From Minisyncoccota bacterium (GTDB lineage Bacteria > Patescibacteriota > Minisyncoccia > Phycocordibacterales > Phycocordibacteraceae), in contig DASWXP010000002.1 of NCBI GenBank assembly GCA_036405415.1, forward strand, positions 1 through 46,096: 46,096 nucleotides of DNA, in the 5' to 3' direction. This document shows positions 35,306 through 43,787 of the stretch, in pieces. The stretch's first letter is position 1. Every line of letters starts with the position of its first letter. The translations under genes were made by a program, and so were the position numbers. The notes beneath the pieces were generated by a model, which was not told the origin of the DNA, searched no databases, and saw only the letters and a list, made by a program, of their open reading frames with translations.

Positions 35306-35890
35306 TTAGTTTCGGCGCATTTCGCCTTCGTACCAGATGCGGATCGCGCCCACGAAGCCGAGTCCGCCGAGGACGGCCATGGCCCAGAGCGTGAGACCTT
35401 TCGGGAGCTCATCCAAAAGGTAGAGTCCGAGCACGATACTGAACGGCAGAAAGAGCGCCACCGGTTCCCAAACCGCACGCTTCCTCAGAAGCCGGAGATA
35501 GACGAACGCGTAGAGCACGCACAACGCCAAAACCGGAAACGGCGGGACGATGTCCAGGTCTTTCGTAGCGATCGTAGCTCCTGCGACAAGGTAGAACAGT
35601 ATTTCCTTCCAGACAGGTGATTCGCGCTCGAGTGCCTGGAAGAAGAGCGGAGCGAGCATCCAGAGCAGGACGAACGCCACCACGCCGTTCTCGTGCGCGA
35701 GTACGCCGCATATCTCGATGGCGGCGATGCTTGCGCACAGGGCGCTTATGCAGAGCAGAATCGCGCTCAAGGCGAACGCTTCGGAGCTCTTCACGTCGCG
35801 AGGCGGCAGCCACGCGCCAGTGAGGATGAGACGAGCCCGCTCATGCGCGGACAAAGCACGATTTCCATCGGTTTGAATACGCACGAGCAT
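35306..35890 (-). CDS. Integral membrane protein, unknown function
   Basis: 194 aa with several TM helices. No motif was recognised. Confidence 0.55.
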   Translation of the reverse strand: MLVRIQTDGNRALSAHERARLILTGAWLPPRDVKSSEAFALSAILLCISALCASIAAIEICGVLAHENGVVAFVLLWMLAPLFFQALERESPVWKEILFYLVAGATIATKDLDIVPPFPVLALCVLYAFVYLRLLRKRAVWEPVALFLPFSIVLGLYLLDELPKGLTLWAMAVLGGLGFVGAIRIWYEGEMRRN

Positions 35891-35961
35891 GGCACAGGTC
35901 CTTTCGGGTTATCTGGAGGGGTCTGGGCAGCACTATACGCTCGTTTCAGGCCCTCGCAACC

Positions 35962-36366
35962 CTACGGATGGTGCCCGGCAACCTTGAAGTTGAAGTGGAG
36001 ATTGAAGAGGTAGTTCCCGATGCCAACCACACCCGCAACCAGTATGCGCGCGAGGAGGTAATGCATCGCGAAGAGCGTGACGAGGAGCGTCACGGCGCCC
36101 GCGATGAACACGGACCCTCCGATAGCGAACAGGATGAAGAACAGGTAGCCGTGATCGATCCTCCGTGCCGTGCCCTTGAACACGAACCTGCGGGAGACGA
36201 AGTAGTTGAGGGAGACCGCGATAGCGAACCCGAGCGCGGTCGAGAGCCAGTAGGGGACGGACAGGAATTCCGTCATGAGCCATATGAGGAGAAGATCGAA
36301 CGCAAACGTAGACCCGCCCACGAGGACGTACTTCATGAAGCGACGCAGCGCGCGGGCGTTCGGCAT
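35962..36366 (-). CDS. GtrA-family membrane protein
   Basis: RFMKYVLVGGSTFAFDLLL...SLNYFVSRRFVFKG, with 4 TM helices. Confidence 0.8.
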   Translation of the reverse strand: MPNARALRRFMKYVLVGGSTFAFDLLLIWLMTEFLSVPYWLSTALGFAIAVSLNYFVSRRFVFKGTARRIDHGYLFFILFAIGGSVFIAGAVTLLVTLFAMHYLLARILVAGVVGIGNYLFNLHFNFKVAGHHP

Positions 36367-36395
36367 GTCCCCATGATAGCCCGGAAAAGAGTCGG

Positions 36396-36404
36396 TGGTA
36401 TACT
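36396..36404 (+). promoter_or_regulatory. Extended -10 element TGgTATACT
   Basis: The hexamer ends 10 nt before the ATG at 36414, giving a leaderless or 2-4 nt leader mRNA. Confidence 0.45.
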
Positions 36405-36413
36405 GCCCGGGCT

Positions 36414-37358
36414 ATGACCGATTCCGCGCCCGCCATCCTCGTTACCGACCTCAGGAAGACCTATAAGAAGGACGGGAAGACCGCAGGAACGGAAGCCCTG
36501 AAGGGCGTATCGCTCGAGATCCCGAAGGGGACCTTCTTCGCGCTCCTCGGCCCCAACGGCGCCGGTAAGACCACACTCATCGGCATCCTCTCAGGACTCG
36601 TGAAGAAATCCGAGGGAGACGTGTCCATTGCGGGCATCTCCATAGACAAGCATCCGGACCAGGCCAAGGCGAAGATCGGTCTCGTACCGCAGGAATTCAA
36701 CTTCAATATCTTCGAGCGCGTCATCGACATCGTCGTCGATCAGGCCGGCTATTACGGCATACCGCGCGCAGAAGCGCTCCCGAAGGCCGAGCAGGTCTTG
36801 AAGGACCTCGGGCTCTGGGAGAAGCGCGACGCGAAGAGCCAGGCGCTCTCAGGCGGCATGAAGCGACGCCTCATGATCGCACGCGCCTTGGTGCACGAGC
36901 CGGAGATACTCCTTCTGGACGAGCCGACCGCAGGCGTGGACGTCGAGTTGCGCCGCGGCATGTGGGACTTCCTGCGCGAGCTCTCGCGGAAGGGAACGAC
37001 CATCGTGCTCACGACCCACTATCTCGAGGAAGCCGAGCTCCTCGCGAACCGCGTCGCCATAATAAACGGCGGCCAGATCATCGAGGAGGGCACGGTGAAG
37101 GGCCTCCTCACGAAGCTCAACTTCGTGACGCTCCTCCTCGATACGACCGAGCCGGTAAAAGACGCGGCGCTCGTCCTCCTGCGCGACCTTGATATAGAGC
37201 GCATAGACGAGAGCACCCTCAAGCTCACGCTCAAGCCCGGAGAGACCGTTAACGACGCGATCAGAAAGATCAGCGCGACGGGCATCCAGATCGCCAATAT
37301 CAGGAATTCGGGAAGCCGCCTTGAGGAGGTCTTCGTGAATCTCATAGAAAAGAAATAA
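36414..37358 (+). CDS. ABC transporter ATP-binding protein (ABC-2 exporter type)
   Basis: Motifs: Walker A GPNGAGKTT, signature LSGGMKRRL, Walker B ILLLDEPT. Confidence 0.92.
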   Translation: MTDSAPAILVTDLRKTYKKDGKTAGTEALKGVSLEIPKGTFFALLGPNGAGKTTLIGILSGLVKKSEGDVSIAGISIDKHPDQAKAKIGLVPQEFNFNIFERVIDIVVDQAGYYGIPRAEALPKAEQVLKDLGLWEKRDAKSQALSGGMKRRLMIARALVHEPEILLLDEPTAGVDVELRRGMWDFLRELSRKGTTIVLTTHYLEEAELLANRVAIINGGQIIEEGTVKGLLTKLNFVTLLLDTTEPVKDAALVLLRDLDIERIDESTLKLTLKPGETVNDAIRKISATGIQIANIRNSGSRLEEVFVNLIEKK

Positions 37359-37359
37359 C

Positions 37360-38133
37360 ATGACTCGCTCACCGCTTCTCATCGGGTACTTCACGATGGT
37401 CCGCAAGGACTTCGTCCGCATCCTGCGCATCTGGTCCCAGACCCTGCTTCCGCCGGCGGTCACGACCGGACTCTACTTCGCGATCTTCGGCACCTTCATC
37501 GGCAGCCAGGTAGCGGCGGTCTCCGGGTTCCCGTACATCCAGTTCATCGTGCCGGGCATCATCATGATGTCCATCATCACGAGCGCCTACATGAACGTGG
37601 TATCGACGTTCTACTTCGCGAAATGGACGCATACGCTCGACGAGCAGCTCGTGTCCCCGATGCCGAGCTGGGCCGTCATCGCAGGCTTCGTCTCAGGCGG
37701 CCTCATCCGCGCGTTCCTCACGGGCGTGATCGTGGTGCTCGTCTCGCTCTTCTTCACGCATCTCTCCATCTTCTCGTTCGGCATCCTCTTCGCTGCCGTA
37801 TTCCTAACGGCCCTCTTCTTCTCCATCCTCGGGCTCGTGAACGGCATCTTCGCGAAGTCGTTCGACGCGATCTCTATCGTCCCGACCTTCGTCCTCACCC
37901 CGCTCACGTACCTCGGCGGCGTCTTCTACTCGATCGAGCAGCTCCCTGAGTTCTTCAGGAACCTTTCGCTCGCAAACCCGATCCTCTACATGGTCAACGC
38001 GTTCCGTTACGGATTCCTCGGGGTCTCGGATATCGCGCTCTCGACCTGCTTTGCGGTCATGGGCGGTCTCGTCGTTGTAGCGTTCGCGGCCACGTTCTGG
38101 ATATTCAAGACGGGAGCAGGGTTCAAGCAGTAA
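37360..38133 (+). CDS. ABC-2 type transporter permease
   Basis: Six TM helices. The gene starts 1 nt after the ATPase stop. Confidence 0.85.
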   Translation: MTRSPLLIGYFTMVRKDFVRILRIWSQTLLPPAVTTGLYFAIFGTFIGSQVAAVSGFPYIQFIVPGIIMMSIITSAYMNVVSTFYFAKWTHTLDEQLVSPMPSWAVIAGFVSGGLIRAFLTGVIVVLVSLFFTHLSIFSFGILFAAVFLTALFFSILGLVNGIFAKSFDAISIVPTFVLTPLTYLGGVFYSIEQLPEFFRNLSLANPILYMVNAFRYGFLGVSDIALSTCFAVMGGLVVVAFAATFWIFKTGAGFKQ

Positions 38134-38148
38134 AGGTTTAGCCGTGCG

Positions 38149-38180
38149 AAAAAGCTCGTTCGAACTGGGCGAGCTTTTTC
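38149..38180 (+). terminator. Intrinsic terminator after the ABC operon
   Basis: AAAAAGCTCG, 11 nt, then CGAGCTTTTT. Confidence 0.75.
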
Positions 38181-38191
38181 ATATGAAAACG

Positions 38192-38231
38192 GCCGGGGCC
38201 TCGCTAACGGTTAACGCAGCGAGGCCCCGGC
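38192..38231. repeat. Perfect 13-bp GC-rich inverted repeat with a 14-nt loop
   Basis: GCCGGGGCCTCGC-TAACGGTTAACGCA-GCGAGGCCCCGGC. On the minus strand it is followed by GUUUUC. Confidence 0.8.
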
Positions 38232-38437
38232 ATCAATCCTTAAGTTTCCGTATCATACAGGCGCTTCTTGGCGGTTAGCGTCTGGTAAGGATTCTTCCCG
38301 TCGCATTGCCGTGCATCGTCTCCGTGGGGATGCGCGGCGTAAATAATAAGGAGAAGGAAAGAACACCCGAGGCGCTGACACCGGAGGCGCGTACGCTCAC
38401 CGCATCATCCTCGGACACGTACTCTAGCTAATACGGA

Positions 38438-38462
38438 ATGAACCCGTTGTGAACGGGTTCAT
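38438..38462 (-). terminator. Terminator-like hairpin just after the histidine kinase stop
   Basis: ATGAACCCGTT-GTG-AACGGGTTCAT (11 bp). The U-tract is weak. Confidence 0.5.
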
Positions 38463-38468
38463 GAAGGC

Positions 38469-39602
38469 TCAGGAGAAGTTGAAGGAGACTTCGTTGGGTC
38501 CCTGGGTACCGTCAGACAGGGGATCAGGGAGGTCGCCGCTCTTAGCAGCCGGAAGCGTGACGCTTATCTCCGTACCGACGCCAGGCGTACTGCGAATGGA
38601 GATCGCGCCCTTATGCAGCCGTACGATCTCGTTCACGATAGCGAGGCCCAGGCCTGAGGTGCCCGTTCCCACCCCGCGCGCACGCGAGGTGTCCGCGCGA
38701 TAGAACGGCTCGAAGATATGGAAGAGGTCCTTCTGCTCGATGCCGATGCCAGTGTCGCGGACCGTGACCTTCACGGTGCTCGAGGTCTCTCCCGGCCCGA
38801 CGCATACCGACACGGTCCCGCGCTTGTCTTTCGGGGTGTAGTTTATGGCGTTCTTCACGAGGTTTGTGACTACCTGCTCGAGCGCAACCGCGTTGCCGTG
38901 CACCATGCGCGAACCCTCTATCGAGGACTCGAGCGTCACGTTCCGGGAAGCGGCGAGCGCCTGGTGCCGCGCGAGCGCGGTCTCCGCGATGTCGCCCACA
39001 TCGGTAGCCTCCATGGTCATGCGGCGCGGGCGCGTGAGGGTGTCGAAGGAGAGGAGGTTGTTGATGGTCTCAGAGATACGGTCCAATTCGGAAAGGGTGT
39101 CCGTGAACGTCTCCTTCACGTTCGCAGGGAGCGCAGGATCGAACAAGGCAACCTCCGTGTTTGTCTTGATGATGGCGAGCGGCGTGCGGATCTCGTGCGC
39201 GATGTTCCCGATGAAGCGCTTCTGGAACTGGAGGCTGTTGCGGGTCGGCCAGAGCGCGAACCGGGCGATGAGGTACCCGAAGATGACATTGAGAAGGATG
39301 AGGACGGAGGCGAGCACGAAGTACGTCTCCCAGGATACCGTGAGCACGGCCTCGGCGATGCTCTCGTTGCTTGCCGGGGAATCGGTGAAGATGCCCTGGA
39401 TTATGCGCTCGCCGATAGCAGAGATGGTCCTGTCCTGCACGAAGCCTACGCCCCACACGAAGAGGACGATCGTGAGGAGGGCGAGCGCGAGCTGGAGACC
39501 CACGACATACGTCGCGGTCTTCAGAAACAGGCTGCCGCGCCACCTATCGATTAAGTCGGTAGCCCACGCCGCGGATGGTTTCGAAGAGGGGTGCGTCTGC
39601 AT
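38469..39602 (-). CDS. Sensor histidine kinase (HisKA + HATPase_c)
   Basis: Motifs: H-box FIGNIAHEIRTPL, N-box LVKNAINYT, G-boxes RDTGIGI and GTSGLGLAIV. There are two N-terminal TM segments. The only ATG start overlaps the response-regulator gene by 59 nt. Confidence 0.9.
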   Translation of the reverse strand: MQTHPSSKPSAAWATDLIDRWRGSLFLKTATYVVGLQLALALLTIVLFVWGVGFVQDRTISAIGERIIQGIFTDSPASNESIAEAVLTVSWETYFVLASVLILLNVIFGYLIARFALWPTRNSLQFQKRFIGNIAHEIRTPLAIIKTNTEVALFDPALPANVKETFTDTLSELDRISETINNLLSFDTLTRPRRMTMEATDVGDIAETALARHQALAASRNVTLESSIEGSRMVHGNAVALEQVVTNLVKNAINYTPKDKRGTVSVCVGPGETSSTVKVTVRDTGIGIEQKDLFHIFEPFYRADTSRARGVGTGTSGLGLAIVNEIVRLHKGAISIRSTPGVGTEISVTLPAAKSGDLPDPLSDGTQGPNEVSFNFS

Positions 39603-40218
39603 AGGTATCGAGCTTCTTCCTGAGATTCTTCATATGTACATCAAGCACGTTCGAGAAGCCAGGGAAGTCGAAGCTCCACACGTGGTCGAGGATGCTCTCG
39701 CGCGTGAGGGCCTCGTCCGGATGGCGCATAAAGTACTCGAGGAGGGAATACTCCTTGAGGGTGAGGGAGACGGGCTTTCCGGCCTTCGTCACGGTGCGTG
39801 CCGACGAATCGAGCTCGATGTCGCGCACGGTCATCTTCGTCGGAAGGCTCTGTTCAGGGCGGCGCAGCACCGCGTTGATGCGTGCTACGAGCTCCTCGAA
39901 GGAGAAGGGCTTCGCGAGGTAGTCGTCAGCGCCCGAATTGAGGAGCTCCACCTTGTACTCGGTCTCGTCACGGGCCGTGAGGATGATGATCGGAGTCTTC
40001 ACTCCCTCGGCTCGAGCTTCCCGGGTGATGGTAGCGCCATCTATGCCGGGGAGCATGAGGTCGAGCAGGATGAGGTCGTACTCGTCCCTATAGAGGAGGA
40101 TGCGGGTCTTGGCCTTCTCGCTCTCTGCGATCCAGTCCACGGCGAATCCCTTCGATTCGAGACCGCGCTTCAGGCCTTCTGCGAGCTTTGCTTCGTCTTC
40201 AACGATGAGTATGCGCAT
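39544..40218 (-). CDS. OmpR/PhoB-family response regulator
   Basis: MRILIVEDE and LILLDLMLPG (acceptor Asp). The C-terminal winged helix is LTLKEYSLLEYFMRHP...RGVGYRL. Confidence 0.93.
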   Translation of the reverse strand: MRILIVEDEAKLAEGLKRGLESKGFAVDWIAESEKAKTRILLYRDEYDLILLDLMLPGIDGATITREARAEGVKTPIIILTARDETEYKVELLNSGADDYLAKPFSFEELVARINAVLRRPEQSLPTKMTVRDIELDSSARTVTKAGKPVSLTLKEYSLLEYFMRHPDEALTRESILDHVWSFDFPGFSNVLDVHMKNLRKKLDTYADAPLFETIRGVGYRLNR

Positions 40219-40294
40219 AGCGGGAGAGTTATGACTAAGGATTAGGTGTACGAAGACTGTATCTAGTAAAGCATGAAGCGTTCATGAAATGGCA

Positions 40295-40326
40295 TAGAAA
40301 CGAAGAATCCCGCCGTCTGGCGGGAT
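40295..40326 (-). terminator. Intrinsic terminator readable on the minus strand, upstream of the RR promoter region
   Basis: Minus-strand RNA reads AUCCCGCC-AGAC-GGCGGGAU followed by UCUUCGUUUCUAU. On the plus strand only GUUUGG follows. Confidence 0.5.
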
Positions 40327-40851
40327 GTTTGGCGCGCTACGCGGCGCGAGAGAACCGTCCTGAAGGGGATTCAAAAGACCGTTCTCTCGCGCCCGCGATT
40401 TACGCTTTCAGCGGCTCTGCATGCAGCCTCCCGAGCTACGTTAAAAGGACACCACCGGTTGGGCGTCGCCTGGGCAAGAGCCCTGTGGCGAGTCACTCGG
40501 CCCTCGGTACGGGGAATGTAGCACGGATTTGCATGGCTACAATGCACGGTTGTGTGAGCTGTCTGTCCTGTCATGAAGGATGTAGGAATTTGCACCTCTA
40601 GACGGCTTACCTTTGCCGTATTTTGAAGTTGTGTCTTGCGCTCTCTAAAACCTGTTTCCTCCCACACTGTCCACACGGAAGATTCGATGAAGAGCATTTA
40701 GAATAAGGGAACAACCCAGCCGAATGCAGTCGAGAGGGCGGGTGGACATGCCAAGGCATCCCACACACGCGCTCGAAGTGGTCCGAAGCACCCTGCCAGC
40801 GTCCGAGCTAAGGCTGACTTATTAGGTGCGGTGTAACCTACGGGATTACCT

Positions 40852-43740
40852 ATGAAGCAGGTCAGGAAGCGGAACGGGAGCGTCGTCGATTTCGAGACGA
40901 CGAAGATTACAGATGCGATGCGAAAGGCGTTCATCCATGCCGAAGTGGCGGCAGAGGAGGACGCCTTGAATGCGCTTACGGCGCGCGTGGTCGCCGATAT
41001 CGAGGCGAAGTTCGGCGAGGAGCAGGTGCCGTCCGTTGAGCACGTGCAGGACCTCGTGGAGCTCGCGCTCATGGAGGCGGGAGAGCTCCGGGTGGCGAAG
41101 TTTTATATTGTGTACCGATACGAGCACCAGAAGGTGCGTGAAGAGAAGAAGCAGGAAACGCTTGAGAAGATCGAGGAGGAAGGGCTCCTCATCAAGACCG
41201 CAAGCGGCAAAGAGCAGCGCTTCAGCGAGACGAAGATCCGCCAGACCCTCGAGAAGCTCGCCAAAGAGATCGATCCTGCGATCATCGACGTGGACGGCAT
41301 CCTCGCGCAGCTCAAGTACGAGCTCTACGAGGGCATGACCACCGCGGAGGTGAACAAGGCGCTCATCATGGTGGTGCGCTCCATGATCGAGCGCGATCCT
41401 GCGTACTCGAAGCTCGCGTCCCGCCTGCTTCTCAACCGTCTCTACGCCGAAGTGTTCGGCGCGGACTTCGACACCAAGAACCCGAAGGAATCCTTGGAGC
41501 GCGTATTCGCGGAGAACATGAAGCGTCTCGTTGCCGAAGGGAATCTCGACGAGCGCATGGCAGAGTTCGACTTCGCGAAGCTCGCGAGCGCCATGAAGCT
41601 CGAGAACGACCAGCTCTTCGAGTACATGGGTCTCGAGATCATGATCTCCCGCTATTGCATGGAGGATCCGAAAGCCAAGCGCACCCTCGAGATCCCGCAG
41701 ATGCTCTGGATGCGTGTGGCTATGGGCCTTGCGATCGCAGAGAAGCCGGAAGACCGGGAAGCGAAGGCGCTTGAGTTCTATGACGCGCTTTCGAACTTCT
41801 ACTACACCCCAGGAGGCCGCACGCTCTTCCAGGCAGGCGCCAAGAAGGCGCAGCTCTCTAACTGTTTCCTCAATACCGTCCCGGATTCCCTCGATGGCAT
41901 CTTCAAGTCCGTCTCTGACAACGCGCAGTACCTGAAGTGGTCTGGCGGCACGGGCACCGATTGGACCCCGGTCCGCGCTACCGGCTCCTTCATCAAGGGC
42001 ACGGGCGTACCGAGCCAGGGCATCGTTCCGTTCCTCAAGATCGCGAATGACGTGAACCTCGCCATTAACCGCTCCGGAAAGCGCCGCGGCGCGGGCTGCG
42101 TATACCTTGAGACCTGGCACCATGATATCGAGGACTTCCTCGAGCTTCGTAAGAACACCGGAGACGAGCGCCGCCGTACGCACGACATCAATACCGCCAA
42201 CTGGATCCCGGACCTCTTTATGAAGCGCGTGCGTGACAATGGGGAGTGGACCCTGTTCTCGCCGAGCGAGGTGCCGGATCTCCATGATCTCTATGGCGCA
42301 GCCTTCGAGAAGCGCTACATGGAATACGAGGCCATGGCAGACCGCGGGGAGATCGAGCTCTGGAAGCGCATTCCGGCAACGGACCTCTGGAGGAAGATGA
42401 TCGGCATGCTCTTTGAGACCGGGCATCCGTGGATCACGTGGAAGGACCCGGCGAACGTGCGCTCGCCGCAGGATCATGCAGGCGTGGTGCACAACTCGAA
42501 CCTCTGCACCGAGATCACGCTCAACACGAACGCCGAGGAGACCGCCGTCTGTACGATCGGCTCCTTGAACTTCGCGAAGTTCGTGACGGTCGGCGAGGAC
42601 GGACAGGCGCGCTTCGATCACGACCTCGTAGCCAAGTACACGAGGATCGCGATCCGCATGCTCGACAACGTGATCGACCTCAACTTCTACCCGACCCCGG
42701 ACGCAGAGCGCGGCAACATGCGCCACCGCCCGGTCGGTCTCGGGGTGCGTGGTTACCATGACGCGCTGTACGGCCTCGGCATCCAGTTCGATTCAGTGGA
42801 AGCACTCGACTTCGCGGACGAGAGCATGGAGGTGGTCGCGTACTACGCGATTCTCGGATCCTCCGAGCTCGCTAAGGAGCGCGGCACCTACTCGACCTAC
42901 AAGGGTTCCAAGTGGGATCGCGACATCTTCCCGCAGGACACGATCGACCTTCTTGAGGCTGAGCGCGGCGAAGCGATCACGCTTGCGCGCGGCGGCAAGC
43001 TCGACTGGACCCCGGTCCGCGAGCACGTGAAGCAGTTCGGTATGCGCAACTCAAACACCATGGCGATCGCGCCGACCGCCTCGACCGCGAACCTCGTAGG
43101 CTGCATCCCGTGCGTGGAGCCGATCTACAAGAACATCTACGTGAAGTCGAATAAGGAAGGGGAGTTCGTGGTCGTGAACAAGTACCTCGTCGAGGACCTG
43201 AAGCAGGCAGGGCTCTGGAGCGCCGGGATGCTCAACCGCATCAAGTACGCGGACGGGTCCATCCAGCAGATCGAGGAGATCCCGACGGCGCTCCGCGCGA
43301 AGTACAAGGAGGTGTTCGAGATCGACGGCAAGTGGCTGGTCGAGGCTGCGGCTCGCCGCGGCAAGTGGATCGACCAGTCCCAGTCCTTGAACATCTTCTA
43401 CAACGGCACTTCGGGCAAGGACCTTTCCGACATCTACTTCAAGGCGTGGGAGATGGGTCTCAAGACCACCTACTACCTCCGCACCCTAGGCGCGTCCCAG
43501 GTGGAGAAGTCTACCGTCTCGACCGCCGAGTACGGCTCGACCCACACGCGCGGAGGGCAGCCGCTCTCGGCAGTGGTAGCCGCTACCTCGGTAGAAGAAG
43601 TCATCGCCGTGATGCCGGTAGCTGAGGAAGCGCCTCAGATAAGCGTCCCGTCCGGATTCTCCCCGGACGAGTGGAAGGCGAAGATGGCCCGCGTCGCCGC
43701 AGGCGAGGAGGCGGGCGTGTGCGAGAGCTGCGAGAGCTAG
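40852..43740 (+). CDS. nrdA: Class I ribonucleoside-diphosphate reductase alpha subunit with an N-terminal ATP-cone
   Basis: ATP-cone VRKRNGSVVDFETTKITDAMRKAF. Active-site region SNLCTEITL. C-terminal redox tail CESCES. Confidence 0.93.
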   Translation: MKQVRKRNGSVVDFETTKITDAMRKAFIHAEVAAEEDALNALTARVVADIEAKFGEEQVPSVEHVQDLVELALMEAGELRVAKFYIVYRYEHQKVREEKKQETLEKIEEEGLLIKTASGKEQRFSETKIRQTLEKLAKEIDPAIIDVDGILAQLKYELYEGMTTAEVNKALIMVVRSMIERDPAYSKLASRLLLNRLYAEVFGADFDTKNPKESLERVFAENMKRLVAEGNLDERMAEFDFAKLASAMKLENDQLFEYMGLEIMISRYCMEDPKAKRTLEIPQMLWMRVAMGLAIAEKPEDREAKALEFYDALSNFYYTPGGRTLFQAGAKKAQLSNCFLNTVPDSLDGIFKSVSDNAQYLKWSGGTGTDWTPVRATGSFIKGTGVPSQGIVPFLKIANDVNLAINRSGKRRGAGCVYLETWHHDIEDFLELRKNTGDERRRTHDINTANWIPDLFMKRVRDNGEWTLFSPSEVPDLHDLYGAAFEKRYMEYEAMADRGEIELWKRIPATDLWRKMIGMLFETGHPWITWKDPANVRSPQDHAGVVHNSNLCTEITLNTNAEETAVCTIGSLNFAKFVTVGEDGQARFDHDLVAKYTRIAIRMLDNVIDLNFYPTPDAERGNMRHRPVGLGVRGYHDALYGLGIQFDSVEALDFADESMEVVAYYAILGSSELAKERGTYSTYKGSKWDRDIFPQDTIDLLEAERGEAITLARGGKLDWTPVREHVKQFGMRNSNTMAIAPTASTANLVGCIPCVEPIYKNIYVKSNKEGEFVVVNKYLVEDLKQAGLWSAGMLNRIKYADGSIQQIEEIPTALRAKYKEVFEIDGKWLVEAAARRGKWIDQSQSLNIFYNGTSGKDLSDIYFKAWEMGLKTTYYLRTLGASQVEKSTVSTAEYGSTHTRGGQPLSAVVAATSVEEVIAVMPVAEEAPQISVPSGFSPDEWKAKMARVAAGEEAGVCESCES

Positions 43741-43787
43741 TGCGGCAGCGAAAGCGCTGACTTACAGGAACTAACCAACCATTACCT

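Noticed and set aside
40530-40620. Possible tmRNA. The plus strand contains GGAUGUAGGAAUUU and UGUCUGUCC, which (from memory) also occur near the 3' end of E. coli ssrA. AUUCGA... and UGC..CGAG.GGGCGG.UGG-like strings occur further downstream (about 40680..40745).
   Set aside because: There is no tRNA-like T-arm (GGUUCGAnUCC), no acceptor stem with a G.U pair, no CCA end and no convincing tag reading frame. The 5'-like strings lie after the 3'-like ones and would run into nrdA. I treat these as chance or unverifiable matches, to be settled by a tmRNA covariance model.
40846-42759. 637-aa minus-strand ORF opposite nrdA, and similar shadows at 43782..44471, 15069..16238, 4755..5723, 28268..29281, 32537..33550, 38845..40245 and 31293..31823
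   Set aside because: Each is fully overlapped by a gene with clear family motifs on the other strand or in another frame. They have biased junk-like composition and no start or RBS context.
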